A stretch of 62,395 nucleotides of DNA, counting the filler, from Actinomycetota bacterium (GTDB lineage Bacteria > Actinomycetota > CADDZG01 > JAHWKV01 > JAOPZY01), in the NCBI GenBank assembly GCA_025963875.1. It is 3 parts of 3 records of this genome, joined end to end, with 100 filler letters (N's around TTAATTAATTAA, not from the genome) between each part and the next. Parts side by side here need not be neighbours in the genome. Positions count along the whole stretch, not along the records: positions 38,643 to 62,395 come from JAOPZY010000149.1; 2 more parts are not named here. One strand, 5' to 3'. Numbering within the stretch: the first letter of the stretch is position 1; the number at the start of each line of letters is the position of its first letter. Made by a program: the position numbers and the translations under genes. The notes below the pieces were generated by a model that made no database searches, was not told the DNA's origin, and saw only the letters and a program-made list of their open reading frames with translations. Positions 50,016-60,277 of this stretch are shown here, piece by piece.

Positions 50016-51596
50016 ATGCGAACGGTACGACGCTCTTGGCGTGGCCGGATCGGCGCCGCCACCGGGCTGCTCACCCTGGCAGCCTTCGGTGTGACGCAGA
50101 TCGGTGCCCGGGGCGCTGTGGCTGCCGGCCCGCCGCAACTCGACCACATCTTCACGATCGTGATGGAGAACCACAACTACGGCACGATCCTCGCCAACAC
50201 GACCGAGGCGCCCTACACCAACTCGCTGATCGCCCGGTACAGCCTTGCCGCAAACTACGCAGCGGTTGCGCACCCGAGCCTGCCCAACTACCTGGCCCTG
50301 ACCGGAGGCAGCACCTACGGCATCACGACGGACTGCACCACCTGCACCGTGACCGCAACGAGCATCGCCGACCGCATCTCGGCCTCCGGCCGCACCTGGA
50401 AGTCGTACCAGGAGTCCATGCCCGCGCCGTGCTTCGCCGGCGACTCGTATCCCTACGCCCAGAAGCACAATCCCTTCGTCTATTTCAACGACATCCGAAC
50501 GGGCTCCGAGTGCGGCAAGGATGTCCCCTACAGCTCCCTCGCCTCCGACCTGGCGTCGGCGTCGACCACGCCCAACTACGCCTTCATCGTGCCGAACCTG
50601 TGCAACGACACCCACGACTGCCCCATCGCCACCGGTGACCAGTGGCTGTCGCAGAACGTGCCGCTGATCCTGCAGTCCCCGGCGTTCACGCAGCAGAACT
50701 CGGCGCTGTTCATCACCTACGACGAGGACGAGAACGGGACGAACCAGGTGGCGACCATCGTCATCACGAACAGTACGAACAACGTGCCGGCAGGCTACCG
50801 CTCTGGCGTCGCCTACACGCACTACTCCCTGCTGAAGACCGTGGAATGGGCATGGGGCCTGGCGCCGCTCACCGGCAACGACGGCGCCGCGCAGCCGATG
50901 GCGGACTTCTTCGGCGCCGCCCCGCTGAGCCCGGCCCCCACCCCTGCCCCGACGCCATCACCCCCTCCTGTCCCGAGCACCGGCTTCTCCATCAGCCTGT
51001 CGGCGAGTTCGACGACCGCGGCCACGGGGCAGTCCGTGAACCTGAGCGGGGTCGCCAACCGTGACGTGGGCCCGACGCCCTACGGCCTTTCGATCGTCGA
51101 CACCACCACCGGCCAGGAAGTGGTCCACGTCGGATCGGGCTCGACGATCGCGGCGTCGGTGAGCCAGTCCGTGGCCGGCACCCACAGCTACGTGGCCTCC
51201 GTCTCCAACAGCGGGGGAGCCAACGCCCAGACGGTATCGGCGCCGGTCGTGGTGACCTGGGGTGCCTCCGCCGCCCCGGCGCCCACCCCGGCCCCGCCGG
51301 TCCCGGGCAACGGCTACGCCATCAGCCTGTCGGCGAGTTCGACGACCGCCGGCGCCGGGCAGGCCGTGAACCTGAGTGGGGTCGCCAACCGCGACGTCGG
51401 CCCGACGCCCTACGGCCTTTCGATCGTCGACACCACCACCGGCCAGGAAGTGGTCCACGTCGGATCGGGCTCGACGATCGCGGCGTCGGTGAGCCAGTCG
51501 GTGGCCACGACCCACACCTTCGTGGCGATGGTCTGCAACACCGGTGGCGCCAACTCCCAGGCGTCGTCGGCGCCGGTGACCATCACCTGGTCCTGA
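50016..51596 (+). CDS. Secreted phosphoesterase (acid phosphatase/phospholipase C family) with two C-terminal Ig-like repeats
   Basis: Signal peptide; IVMENH, HPSLPNYLAL, YAQKHNPF, PNLCNDTHDC, ITYDE, THYSLLKT. Confidence 0.9.
   Translation: MRTVRRSWRGRIGAATGLLTLAAFGVTQIGARGAVAAGPPQLDHIFTIVMENHNYGTILANTTEAPYTNSLIARYSLAANYAAVAHPSLPNYLALTGGSTYGITTDCTTCTVTATSIADRISASGRTWKSYQESMPAPCFAGDSYPYAQKHNPFVYFNDIRTGSECGKDVPYSSLASDLASASTTPNYAFIVPNLCNDTHDCPIATGDQWLSQNVPLILQSPAFTQQNSALFITYDEDENGTNQVATIVITNSTNNVPAGYRSGVAYTHYSLLKTVEWAWGLAPLTGNDGAAQPMADFFGAAPLSPAPTPAPTPSPPPVPSTGFSISLSASSTTAATGQSVNLSGVANRDVGPTPYGLSIVDTTTGQEVVHVGSGSTIAASVSQSVAGTHSYVASVSNSGGANAQTVSAPVVVTWGASAAPAPTPAPPVPGNGYAISLSASSTTAGAGQAVNLSGVANRDVGPTPYGLSIVDTTTGQEVVHVGSGSTIAASVSQSVATTHTFVAMVCNTGGANSQASSAPVTITWS
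50991..51590 (+). repeat. Intragenic tandem domain duplication, 330-nt period
   Basis: 50991-51260 and 51321-51590 are near-identical in DNA (ISLSASSTT...DVGPTPYGLSIVDTTTGQEVVHVGSG). Confidence 0.9.
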
Positions 51597-52095
51597 CAGC
51601 GCAGATCCGTTGGACGGCAGCAGGCTTCGGCTCCTCGAGGACCACGTCCTCATAGGCGACGACCCGGAGGCGACCCCGGGCCAGCTCCAGCAACTCGCCG
51701 TGGCGCAGGAGGAAGTCGGGGTTGGTCACCCGGCCCCCCAGCGCCTCGTTGCCTTCGGCAAACGTTTCGTAGATGAAGACCCCGCCGGGCGCCAGCGCGG
51801 CCACCAGATCCTCCAGGAGCGGGCGGTGGAGGTAGTTGGTGACGACGACGCCACCGAAGGTGCGGCCTGGGAGCGGAAACGGTTCCCCGCCCTCGAGGTC
51901 GGCCTGGACGGGCTCCACCCGGGGATCGTCGGCGAGGTCACCCAGGCGGCTCAGGTCGATGTCGACGGCCGTGACGGGATGACCCGCCCCGGCGAAGAGC
52001 CGGGTGTGGCGGCCGCCGCCGCAGGCCAGGTCCAGCACCGGCGCCCCTTCCGGCACCATCGAGGCGAAGCGCTCGACCCACGGCGATGGGGCCAC
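51583..52095 (-). CDS. Class I SAM-dependent methyltransferase
   Basis: VLDLACGGGRH, VTAVD, VVTNYLHRP, LAPGGVFIYETF; 11 nt downstream of egtD. Confidence 0.85.
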   Translation of the reverse strand: MAPSPWVERFASMVPEGAPVLDLACGGGRHTRLFAGAGHPVTAVDIDLSRLGDLADDPRVEPVQADLEGGEPFPLPGRTFGGVVVTNYLHRPLLEDLVAALAPGGVFIYETFAEGNEALGGRVTNPDFLLRHGELLELARGRLRVVAYEDVVLEEPKPAAVQRICAVRTR

Positions 52096-52106
52096 CGGGA
52101 ACCCGT

Positions 52107-53093
52107 CTAGCGGAAGGCGAGGAAGAGACCGAAGTCGCCGCCCTCGTCGCTCCAGAAGTGGCGCAACTCCAGGCCCGCCTCGTCGAGCTCGCGTTCGACG
52201 CCCTCCCGGCGGAACTTCGTCGACACCTCGGTGCGCATCTCCTCCCCCTCGCCGAACTCGACCTCGATCCCCAGGTCGACGACGGGCACGGTCTGGGCCT
52301 CCAACGAGCGCAGCCGCATCTCGATCCACTCGTTCTCGGTGTCGAAGCAGGCGACGTGGGCGAAGCGCTCGGGATCGAAGCCGGCCCCCAACTCCCGGTT
52401 GAGCACGGACAAGACGTTGAGGTTGAACGCTGCGGTCACGCCGAAGGCGTCGTTGTAGGCGGCAACGAGGCGGTGGGTGTCCTTCACGAGGTCGCAGCCC
52501 AGCAGCAGGGACTCGCCGTCGTCGAGGTTCCCGGCGATCTCCGACAGCAGCTTGGCCCGCTTTGCCGGCACAAGGTTGCCGATGGTGGAGCCGAGGAAGG
52601 CGACGACCCGCAGGCCTTCGTGGGGCAGCAGGCCCACGTGGTGCTCGAAGTCGCCGACCACCGCATGGACGCTGGTCCCGGGATACTCGGAGGCGACCGC
52701 GGCGGCCGCCGAGCGAAGCGTCGCCTCGGCGATGTCGAAGGGCACGAAGCGTTGCAGTGCACCGGCCTCGGAGAACGCATCCAGGAGGATCCGGGTCTTC
52801 TCCGAGGTGCCCGAGCCCAGCTCCACGAGGGTGTCGGCCCCGGTGGCGACGGCGATGTCGTCGGCGTGGTTCACCAGGATCTGTCGCTCGCGGCGGGTGA
52901 GGTAGTACTCGTCCAGGCACGTGATCCGGTCGAAGAGCGAGCAGCCGACCTCGTCGTAGAACCACCGTGGCTGCAGTTGCTTGGGGCTCGACGTCAAGCC
53001 CTTGCGGGCGTCGGACCGCAGCGCTGCCGCCATGTCGTCCGGGCCGAGGTGCACGTCGAGGGTGAGCGCCTGCACCGCGTCGCCGAGGGTCAC
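52107..53093 (-). CDS. egtD: L-histidine N-alpha-trimethyltransferase
   Basis: PRWFYDEVG..LFDRIT.LDEYY, ELGSG, FLGSTIGN, AYND, TEVSTKF. Confidence 0.95.
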   Translation of the reverse strand: MTLGDAVQALTLDVHLGPDDMAAALRSDARKGLTSSPKQLQPRWFYDEVGCSLFDRITCLDEYYLTRRERQILVNHADDIAVATGADTLVELGSGTSEKTRILLDAFSEAGALQRFVPFDIAEATLRSAAAAVASEYPGTSVHAVVGDFEHHVGLLPHEGLRVVAFLGSTIGNLVPAKRAKLLSEIAGNLDDGESLLLGCDLVKDTHRLVAAYNDAFGVTAAFNLNVLSVLNRELGAGFDPERFAHVACFDTENEWIEMRLRSLEAQTVPVVDLGIEVEFGEGEEMRTEVSTKFRREGVERELDEAGLELRHFWSDEGGDFGLFLAFR

Positions 53094-53848
53094 CGGGACA
53101 TCCCCCCGATCCTCAGCTTGAGCGGGCTGCCGCCCTCCGTCGCCTCGATCACCGAGCCGTCGGCAACCTCCCGCCAGCCCGGGCGGTCGTCGTAGGGTTC
53201 GGATGCCACGACAAAGCCGGGGGCGTCCTCCTGGACGTAGAGCGAGTCGCCACACGCGGTCGCTGCGACCGTGTGGCCGTCGGTGAGCACCATGTTGAGC
53301 CTTCCTCCTGTCGATTCCATGACGGCGCCCACCACATCGGAGAGGGCGCCGGCGGGCGAGGCCCCGGCGTCGAGGCGGTCGAGCACCATGGCGAAGAGCA
53401 CCTCCGAGTCCGCCGACCCACCGATCTCCGCGGCCCGGCGGTCCGAGATTGTCTGGAGCAGCGTCCTGCGGCCCCCGCGAGCGAAGCCGGCCACCTCGCC
53501 GTTGTGGGCGAACAGCCAGCGGCCGGAGGTGAAGGGGGGCGTGTTGGACTCCTCGGTCGGCGACGGCGCCGTGGCGTTGCGGACTGCCGCGAGGATGGCC
53601 CCGGAGTGGGCCAACCCGGCGATCGACGCGAAGGTCCGGTCGGACCACATCGGGGTTGCGCGCCGGTACAGCGCTGGCTCTTCGCGGACGCCGAAGTCGT
53701 ACCACCCGGCCCCGAAGCCGTCGGCGTTGACCCTGCCCCGACGCATGAAGCGCGGCTCGTAGCTCTGGCGCAGCAGCGACCAGGGCGGGGCGAGGAGCAG
53801 CGACTCCAGGCTCATGTCAGGCCCGAGATAGGCCAGGAGGCGGCACAT
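53090..53848 (-). CDS. egtC: Gamma-glutamyl-hercynylcysteine sulfoxide hydrolase
   Basis: MCRLLAYLG (Ntn Cys), NADGFGAGW, AVRNAT, HNG, DSE, ASEPYDD. Confidence 0.95.
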   Translation of the reverse strand: MCRLLAYLGPDMSLESLLLAPPWSLLRQSYEPRFMRRGRVNADGFGAGWYDFGVREEPALYRRATPMWSDRTFASIAGLAHSGAILAAVRNATAPSPTEESNTPPFTSGRWLFAHNGEVAGFARGGRRTLLQTISDRRAAEIGGSADSEVLFAMVLDRLDAGASPAGALSDVVGAVMESTGGRLNMVLTDGHTVAATACGDSLYVQEDAPGFVVASEPYDDRPGWREVADGSVIEATEGGSPLKLRIGGMSR

Positions 53849-53854
53849 GGGAAC

Positions 53855-55168
53855 TCAGGCGTCCCGGGCGCAGCGAAAGCCGGCGAAGATCTGGCGCCGG
53901 ATGGGGAAGTCCCAGTTCCGGAAGGTCGTGCGGACCGCCGCGGGGTCCGTCGCCCACGAGCCGCCGCGCAGCACCCGGAACCTGCCCTCGTCCTGCTTGA
54001 AGAAGACCTCCGAGTACTCCTTGTAGGGGAACCAGTGGTACCCGGGATAGGAGGTGAACCCCGAGGACGTCCACTCCCACACGTCGCCGATCATCTGCTC
54101 GCACCCCCAGGGGCTGGCGCCCTGCGGGTATGCCCCGACGGCCGCTGGCCGGAAGTAGCGCTGGCCCAGGTTGGCCAGCTCGGGGCTGGGAGGTGCATCG
54201 CCCCACGGGTAGCGGCGTTTGGCTCCCCCCGGCTCGGCGGAGGCCGCCTTCTCCCATTCCGCCTCGGTGGGCAGCCGCTTGCCGGCCCAGCGCGCGTAGG
54301 CGTCGGCCTCGTACCAGCAGACGTGGCACACCGGCTCGTTGAGGGGGAGGTCCTCCCGCCACCCGAACCGCAGGCGGGTCCACACCCCCTCGCACTCCTT
54401 GCGCCAGAACTGGGGTGCGCTGAGGCCCGCCTTCTGGCGGTGCGCCCACCCGGCCTCGCTCCACCAGCGGGGATCGTCGTAGCCCCCCGCCTCGACGAAG
54501 CGCAGGTAGTCCCGGTTGGTGACGGGCGTGGTGTCGATGAAGAAGGGGGGCAGGTCCACGACGTGGGCGGGGCGTTCGTTGTCGTAGGCCCATGGCTCCA
54601 GCGACGTCCCCATCTCGAAGGGGCCGCCCTCGACGAGGACCTCGGCCTTGTCGATGCGCCGCCCCCGGGGCGGCACCGGTGCCTGCGGACGGTAGCCCTC
54701 CCCGTCCATGAGCTGCAGGGTCGCCAGCATGGTCTCGTCGTGCTGGTGCTCGTGCTGGACCACCATGCCGTAGACGTAGGCATTGCCGAGCAGCTGGTGG
54801 TCCGGGTCGAATTCGACCTTGTCCAGCACGTCGAGGGCCTTGTCGCGGACCCCGGCGATGTAGGTGCGGGCCTCGCTGGGGCCGAGGAGCGGCAGGGCGA
54901 CGCGCTCGGTGCGGGAATGGCGGAAGGCGTCGTAGATGTCGTCGAGACTCCTGGGTCCGGCGCGCACGCCGGCCACGGCCTCGAGCAGCCACAGCTCCTC
55001 GTAGTTGCCGACGTGGGCGAGGTCCCACACGAGCGGTGACATGATCGGCGAGTGCTGGCGGAGCAGGTCGGGCTCCGACAGGGGGTCGAGGAGAGCGAGG
55101 GAGCGGCGGCGAACCGCCCCGAGCTCCTCGGCGATCGTCTGCTTCAGGTGAGCGTCTTCTAGGTCCAT
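53855..55168 (-). CDS. egtB: Ergothioneine sulfoxide synthase (type I)
   Basis: WDLAHVG, HEHQHDETM iron ligands, YKEYS, RNWDFPIRRQIFAGFR. Confidence 0.97.
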   Translation of the reverse strand: MDLEDAHLKQTIAEELGAVRRRSLALLDPLSEPDLLRQHSPIMSPLVWDLAHVGNYEELWLLEAVAGVRAGPRSLDDIYDAFRHSRTERVALPLLGPSEARTYIAGVRDKALDVLDKVEFDPDHQLLGNAYVYGMVVQHEHQHDETMLATLQLMDGEGYRPQAPVPPRGRRIDKAEVLVEGGPFEMGTSLEPWAYDNERPAHVVDLPPFFIDTTPVTNRDYLRFVEAGGYDDPRWWSEAGWAHRQKAGLSAPQFWRKECEGVWTRLRFGWREDLPLNEPVCHVCWYEADAYARWAGKRLPTEAEWEKAASAEPGGAKRRYPWGDAPPSPELANLGQRYFRPAAVGAYPQGASPWGCEQMIGDVWEWTSSGFTSYPGYHWFPYKEYSEVFFKQDEGRFRVLRGGSWATDPAAVRTTFRNWDFPIRRQIFAGFRCARDA

Positions 55169-56433
55169 GCTGGCTCCAGTGGCTGGTCGTTGGGGAACAG
55201 GGCGCCGGTGGACTCCCAGGCGTCGAGCAGGTCGTCGGCGGGGCAACGGCCCCGGCTGGTGAACTCGTCGTGGAAGGCCTCGACCACCCAGGCGGCGCCG
55301 CCGAAGGCGCCGATGCGGGGGAGGGCGTCGATCGTCGCCTCCAGGCACTCGGCGGCCGCGGCGGCGAGGGCGGGATGGTTGAGGCCGACGCGGGCGGCCT
55401 CCGTCCAGAGCTCCGTCACGCCGGCGCACGCCCGGGCGGCCCGCTCCGCCGCCTCGGGGTCGGAGACGATGGCCGTGGCGACCAGGGGTGGGACGCGCCA
55501 CCAGGGGTCGGGCAGGCTGTCGACCATGCGCAGCTCCAGCCAGCCCCGAGGCCGGACCGGTGGGAAGAGCGTGGACAGGTGGTACTCGAGGTCACCGACG
55601 TCCGGGTACCCCAGTTCGTGACCCCGGAACATCCACTCGCCGAAGGTGAGGCCGTCGGTCACGGGGACGAACCGGTCCTCGCCCGCCCGGATCAGCATGA
55701 CGCGGGCGTTGAAGGCGTACGTCGCCCAGGCGTCCGGGCCGGGCGACCACATCCCGACCGGCGCGGTGCGGGTGGCATCCAGGGCCTGCCACACCGCGAG
55801 GCGCGTCGAGCGCCATCCGCTGGGCCCTCCGCCCTGAAACGGCGAGTTGGCAAAGGTGGCGGCGAGGGTTGGCCCGACCCTGTGGGCCTGGCGCCAGCGA
55901 CTCTCCGCCTCCTGGCCCGAGCCGAGGTCGAGGTTGGCCTGCACGGAGGCCGTGCCGCACATCATCACCCGCCCCAGGGAGCTGAGGGCGTCGAAGTACC
56001 GCTCCATCGCCACGTAGCGGGGAGACTCCAGCACCCGGCGCTCGAGCCGGAGGGGGTCGCGCCCCATCCCGACGAGGGCGATGCCGTAGTCGGAGAGGTG
56101 GCGGCGCAGGTGGGCGACGTCCTCGGCAACCGCCTGGCAGGCGGCGGAGGGCAGGTCGGCGGGCGAGCTCAGCTCGAGCTGGCCCCCGGGCTCGAAGGTG
56201 ACCCGGCACCCGCCCGGCAACGTGCCCGCCGCCGCGACCGCGCCGCGTGTGTCCCGCAGCGGGATGTGGCTCTCTCTGTTGTGGGTCGAGACGGTCAGCC
56301 ACTCGACCTCGACACCCGCATGGGCGCCGAGCGGCGTGCCGACAGGGCCTCGGTCACCCCGGGCAGAGAAGCTCCGGTCACCGATGAGACGTCGTGCAGC
56401 TTCCTGCGAAAGGATGGGATTTTTTGAGGGCAT
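55159..56433 (-). CDS. egtA: Glutamate-cysteine ligase
   Basis: GVEVEW, TFEPGGQLELS, MMCGTASVQANLD, HLSTLFPPVRPRGWLELR. Confidence 0.95.
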   Translation of the reverse strand: MPSKNPILSQEAARRLIGDRSFSARGDRGPVGTPLGAHAGVEVEWLTVSTHNRESHIPLRDTRGAVAAAGTLPGGCRVTFEPGGQLELSSPADLPSAACQAVAEDVAHLRRHLSDYGIALVGMGRDPLRLERRVLESPRYVAMERYFDALSSLGRVMMCGTASVQANLDLGSGQEAESRWRQAHRVGPTLAATFANSPFQGGGPSGWRSTRLAVWQALDATRTAPVGMWSPGPDAWATYAFNARVMLIRAGEDRFVPVTDGLTFGEWMFRGHELGYPDVGDLEYHLSTLFPPVRPRGWLELRMVDSLPDPWWRVPPLVATAIVSDPEAAERAARACAGVTELWTEAARVGLNHPALAAAAAECLEATIDALPRIGAFGGAAWVVEAFHDEFTSRGRCPADDLLDAWESTGALFPNDQPLEPAWT

Positions 56434-56697
56434 GGTCCTTAACCTGGCAGCTTCACCGACCCCCGCCCCTTCAGCGAGAGCCGCCCGGCGCCTAACAGCT
56501 TGGGGCCACTATCAGGATAATACGAGATTTTTTTACCGCCCCGGGTCACGGCTCTGGTCACGCTGTCTGTCATCAGTTATACGTCGCACTGGGTGACAAG
56601 GCTTGGCCGCGGGCCGTGGCGGAATGTCTGGTCTTTTCCGCACCAATCTTACCCACCTCGATTGCGGGTCAGGCGCCGCTCATCCGCCGCTCATCGC

Positions 56698-57795
56698 TCA
56701 TCGCTCCAGGCGGGCGGCTCGGACCCCCCGTTCCGCCAGGATGGCCAGGAACCGATCCGGTTCGAACGCCGATTCCGGCGGCGCCACGCCGTGGGCCTGG
56801 ACCTCGCCGCTGGCGGCGAGGAGGCCGGCGACCACCAGGGGTGCGGTCTCGAGGTTGGCGAGGTGGTCGACGATCCCGTAGGTCTCCGTTCTCGCCCTCC
56901 CGGCGTACCGGCCAGCGACATCGACCCGGAGCGCCGACCATCCCGACGCACGGCTCGCCGAAGGACCGAGGGCGGCGACGGCGGAGCGGGTGAGCACCCC
57001 GAGGCTCGGGCGCACCGCCCGGGCAGCGCCGGGGGCACGCGAGGTACGGGTGGCGGCTCTGGCCAGGGAGGCCGCGGATCCCCCGTCCATGCCGGCTTCG
57101 ACGCACATCGACTGGACGTCGCCGACGGTCTCCGGCAGGGTGAGGACCTCGGCCCCACGGGCGAGGCTCACCCGCCGCCAGCCGACCGGCTGGGGGAAGA
57201 AACAGCGGCTGGGCCGGGACCCCGCCGGGCGCTCGCGCCGTTGCCCGCCTTCGATGACCTCGGCGTCGCCCGACCACGCTGCCAGCAGGCGGCCGAAATC
57301 GGCACCCTCGTCACGACCGGAGACGGTCCAGGCGATGCGGATGGATTCGACAGTGTCGAGCTGCTCCGACGCCGCCCGCACCAGGAGATTGCTCAGCCCG
57401 GGGGTCCAGCTCATCCCCGGGACCGCCACCCCGGGAAACGTGTTGGCGCCGGCCCGCTGTCCGAGCATGGCTTCGATGGTGTCGGGGTCCTCGCACGAGG
57501 ACACGTAGGGGATCCCGGTGGTGACGGCCGCCTCGAATGCCGTCAGTTCCGGTTCGGCGCCCTCCCCGCCGCTTTCCAGACAGGCAAGGGCCACGTCGAG
57601 GCCACTGAAGGCTTGCGAGATCCCCTCGACGGTGAGGGGGACCGGCGCTGCCTCCACCCGGCGGGGATCGAGGACGGCGAGGTTGGATTGCTCGGGTCCG
57701 ACCAGCACGACGCCGGACACCTCCGGGCGTTCCAGGAGGTCCCGTACCACTCGGCGCCCACGTTGGCTGGGCGCCCCGAGCACTGCGACGCGCAC
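56698..57795 (-). CDS. Saccharopine dehydrogenase-like NAD(P)-binding protein
   Basis: RVAVLGA, GIPYVS, GMSWTPGLSNLL, GVAPPESAF; degenerate glycine-rich loop. Confidence 0.7.
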   Translation of the reverse strand: MRVAVLGAPSQRGRRVVRDLLERPEVSGVVLVGPEQSNLAVLDPRRVEAAPVPLTVEGISQAFSGLDVALACLESGGEGAEPELTAFEAAVTTGIPYVSSCEDPDTIEAMLGQRAGANTFPGVAVPGMSWTPGLSNLLVRAASEQLDTVESIRIAWTVSGRDEGADFGRLLAAWSGDAEVIEGGQRRERPAGSRPSRCFFPQPVGWRRVSLARGAEVLTLPETVGDVQSMCVEAGMDGGSAASLARAATRTSRAPGAARAVRPSLGVLTRSAVAALGPSASRASGWSALRVDVAGRYAGRARTETYGIVDHLANLETAPLVVAGLLAASGEVQAHGVAPPESAFEPDRFLAILAERGVRAARLER

Positions 57796-58066
57796 GGGAC
57801 GCCTACGCTTCAGCGACGATTGCCGGAAACCACGCCGTTGCCAGAGATCCCTTCCTGCCAGTGGCCCTCGGGCGGCGCCTGCCGGGACCGCTGCCGGCGG
57901 GCAACCCAGAGACCGACCGCTGCGACCACGGACAGCCTGAGAAGGCGTACGATGATGCGCTTCGCAGAATCCGAGGCCATGGGTGCAGGCTAGCACGGCC
58001 GTCTGCGGGGGTGGCTTCGGTGGGGCTTTGTTTCAGGCGGGGTAGCCTAGGATTATGGGAGAGACA

Positions 58067-59107
58067 ATGCCGGGGGCGGGGATTTCTTCCGAGGCGCTGC
58101 TTGACAAGCTCGGGCGGCCCGTGCGCGACCTGCGGATCTCGGTGACCGACCGCTGCAACTTCCGGTGCGTGTACTGCATGCCGAAGGAGGTCTTCGGCCC
58201 CGGCTACCAGTTCCTCAAGATGAAGAGCCTGCTGAGTTACGAGGAGATGGAGCGCCTCGCGCGCATCTTCGCCGGGCTCGGCGTGACCAAGCTGCGCCTC
58301 ACCGGGGGCGAGCCGCTGGTCCGGCGCCACATCGAGCGCCTCATCCGGATGCTGGCGGGGATCCCGGATCTCGACCTGGCCCTCACCACGAACGGTTCGC
58401 TGCTCACCGACAAGGCGCAGCCGCTGGCCGATGCCGGGCTGAAGCGCATCACCATCAGCCTCGACTCGCTGGACGACGACGTGTTCAAGGCGATGAACGA
58501 CGCCGAGTTCCCCGTGTACAAGGTCCTCGCCGGCATCGATGCCGCTGCGGCGGCGGGCCTCGACCCCATCAAGATCAACATGGTCGTGAAGCGTGGCCTC
58601 AACGAGGCGTCGATCCTGCCGATGGCCCGGTACTTCCAGGGCACCGGCCAGGTCGTGCGCTTCATCGAGTACATGGATGTGGGCAACGCCAACGGCTGGC
58701 GGATGGACGACGTGGTCACCTCGGCGGAGATCGTCGCCATGATCGACGCCGAGCTGCCACTGGAGCCGGTCGAGCCGAACTACCCGGGCGAGGTCGCCAA
58801 CCGGTGGCGGTACCGGGACGGCAGCGGCGAAATCGGCGTGATCTCGTCGGTCAGCCAGCCCTTCTGCGGCACCTGCACCCGGGCCAGGCTGTCGTCCGAG
58901 GGCCGGCTCTACACCTGCCTGTTCGCCACCCAGGGCCACGACCTGCGCGGCTACCTGCGGACGGGCAAGACCGACGAGGAGGTCGCCGAGGTGATCCGGG
59001 GCATCTGGCGCCAGCGGGCGGACCGGTACTCGGAGATCCGCTCCTCCCACACGGTGGGAGGGTTGCCGAAGCTGCCCAAGGTGGAGATGTCCCACATCGG
59101 AGGCTGA
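58067..59107 (+). CDS. moaA: GTP 3',8-cyclase (radical SAM)
   Basis: [34 protein letters not shown]...C, C-terminal MSHIGG. Confidence 0.97.
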   Translation: MPGAGISSEALLDKLGRPVRDLRISVTDRCNFRCVYCMPKEVFGPGYQFLKMKSLLSYEEMERLARIFAGLGVTKLRLTGGEPLVRRHIERLIRMLAGIPDLDLALTTNGSLLTDKAQPLADAGLKRITISLDSLDDDVFKAMNDAEFPVYKVLAGIDAAAAAGLDPIKINMVVKRGLNEASILPMARYFQGTGQVVRFIEYMDVGNANGWRMDDVVTSAEIVAMIDAELPLEPVEPNYPGEVANRWRYRDGSGEIGVISSVSQPFCGTCTRARLSSEGRLYTCLFATQGHDLRGYLRTGKTDEEVAEVIRGIWRQRADRYSEIRSSHTVGGLPKLPKVEMSHIGG

Positions 59108-59152
59108 GTCCTCTTTGGTAGGGCCCTCGAGCCGAAGTTCGGCGATCTGGCT

Positions 59153-60277
59153 CTAGCGGAAGCGGGCGAAGCCGAGCTTCCTGCGTGGCGGCTCGGGGGC
59201 CGGCTCCGGTTCGACTTCGACTTCGACTTCGGGCTCTGGTTCGGGTTCGGGTTCGACCTCGGGCTGGGGGGCCGGGCCGCTGCCGGCGCCTTGGGCGAGC
59301 GCCCGCCAGAACGCGAGGTAGCCCAGGACGTCATCGACGTGGTAGCGGACCTCGGTGATCTGGCCGGAGCGGATCCGGTAGGCCGTCATCGTCGTATAGG
59401 TCACGGCGTTGTCGCCGGCCTCCGCCCGCGTCTCCATATAGGTGAAGACGTGGTCGTCGCTCCCGGCCAGCGCCCGGACGTCCGTCTCGAAGGCGTCGGC
59501 TTCGTCGAGAAGCTCTGCCTGGCGGTCCCAGGTCCCCAGGAGATTACGCCGGCCGACGATGGGCTCCTCTCCAGGGAGGATGAGAGCGATGTCCTCGGCG
59601 AGCAGGCGGGCAAGCGCGTCCTGGTCGTCCTCGAGGCGCGCCGAGAGCAGCGCCCGGACGAGCTTCTCGTTTGCTTCGCGTGGGGTCTCCCTGGGCCGTT
59701 CGAGCGGCGCGGCGGCGGCCGGGGCGGGCGGCGCTGCCGGAGCCGGGGCGGGCTCAGGCTCCTCGGCGGGGGGCTCCGGCTCGGCTGCGGGGGCCTCCGC
59801 GGCGGGCGCGGGCGCGGGTTCCGGAGCGGAGAAGCTCCTGACCCGGCGCCGGCGAAGAGGTGGTGCTTCCTCTTCAGTGGCAGGCTCGGGCTGGGCTTCG
59901 GGGGCCGGTGTGGCGGTGGGGGCGGCCCTGCCACCACGGCGGGCGCGCGGCGTTGCCGCCTTCTCGGCGGGCTTCGGCTCCGCCGCGGGGGGCTCGGCCG
60001 ACGGTGCCTTCCGTGCCGCCGACTTGCCACCAAAAGAACTCCGAGCAAGGCGCGGCTTGGCAACCGGAGCCTCGGCAGCGGGCTCGGGCGCTGACGTCTT
60101 TGGGGGCACAGCATCCGCCCCCAACGAGCTGCGGCCTCGTCGCCTTGCGGGCTTGGGAGCGGGCGCCTCCTCAGCGGCGGGGGCTGGGGGCGCGGGGGCG
60201 GCCTTCTTGGAGGAGCGGCTCTTGGGGGCGGGGGCCTCCGCTGATTCGTCCCGGAGATATTGGAATTTCTTTGGCAT
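59153..60277 (-). CDS. SnoaL/NTF2-like domain protein with long P/A/E/K/R-rich disordered arms
   Basis: Low-complexity N-terminus; NEKLVRALL...LARLLAEDI...YRIRSGQITEVRYHVD; PE/VE repeat tail. Confidence 0.7.
   Translation of the reverse strand: MPKKFQYLRDESAEAPAPKSRSSKKAAPAPPAPAAEEAPAPKPARRRGRSSLGADAVPPKTSAPEPAAEAPVAKPRLARSSFGGKSAARKAPSAEPPAAEPKPAEKAATPRARRGGRAAPTATPAPEAQPEPATEEEAPPLRRRRVRSFSAPEPAPAPAAEAPAAEPEPPAEEPEPAPAPAAPPAPAAAAPLERPRETPREANEKLVRALLSARLEDDQDALARLLAEDIALILPGEEPIVGRRNLLGTWDRQAELLDEADAFETDVRALAGSDDHVFTYMETRAEAGDNAVTYTTMTAYRIRSGQITEVRYHVDDVLGYLAFWRALAQGAGSGPAPQPEVEPEPEPEPEVEVEVEPEPAPEPPRRKLGFARFR

Noticed and set aside
57960..58060. Moco riboswitch upstream of moaA
   Set aside because: Only TCCGAG matches; the GAAAC and GCCTCC elements are absent
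59200..59270. GGTTCGA/TTCGAC repeats resembling tRNA T-loops
   Set aside because: Hexamer repeats encoding the PE/VE tail; no cloverleaf
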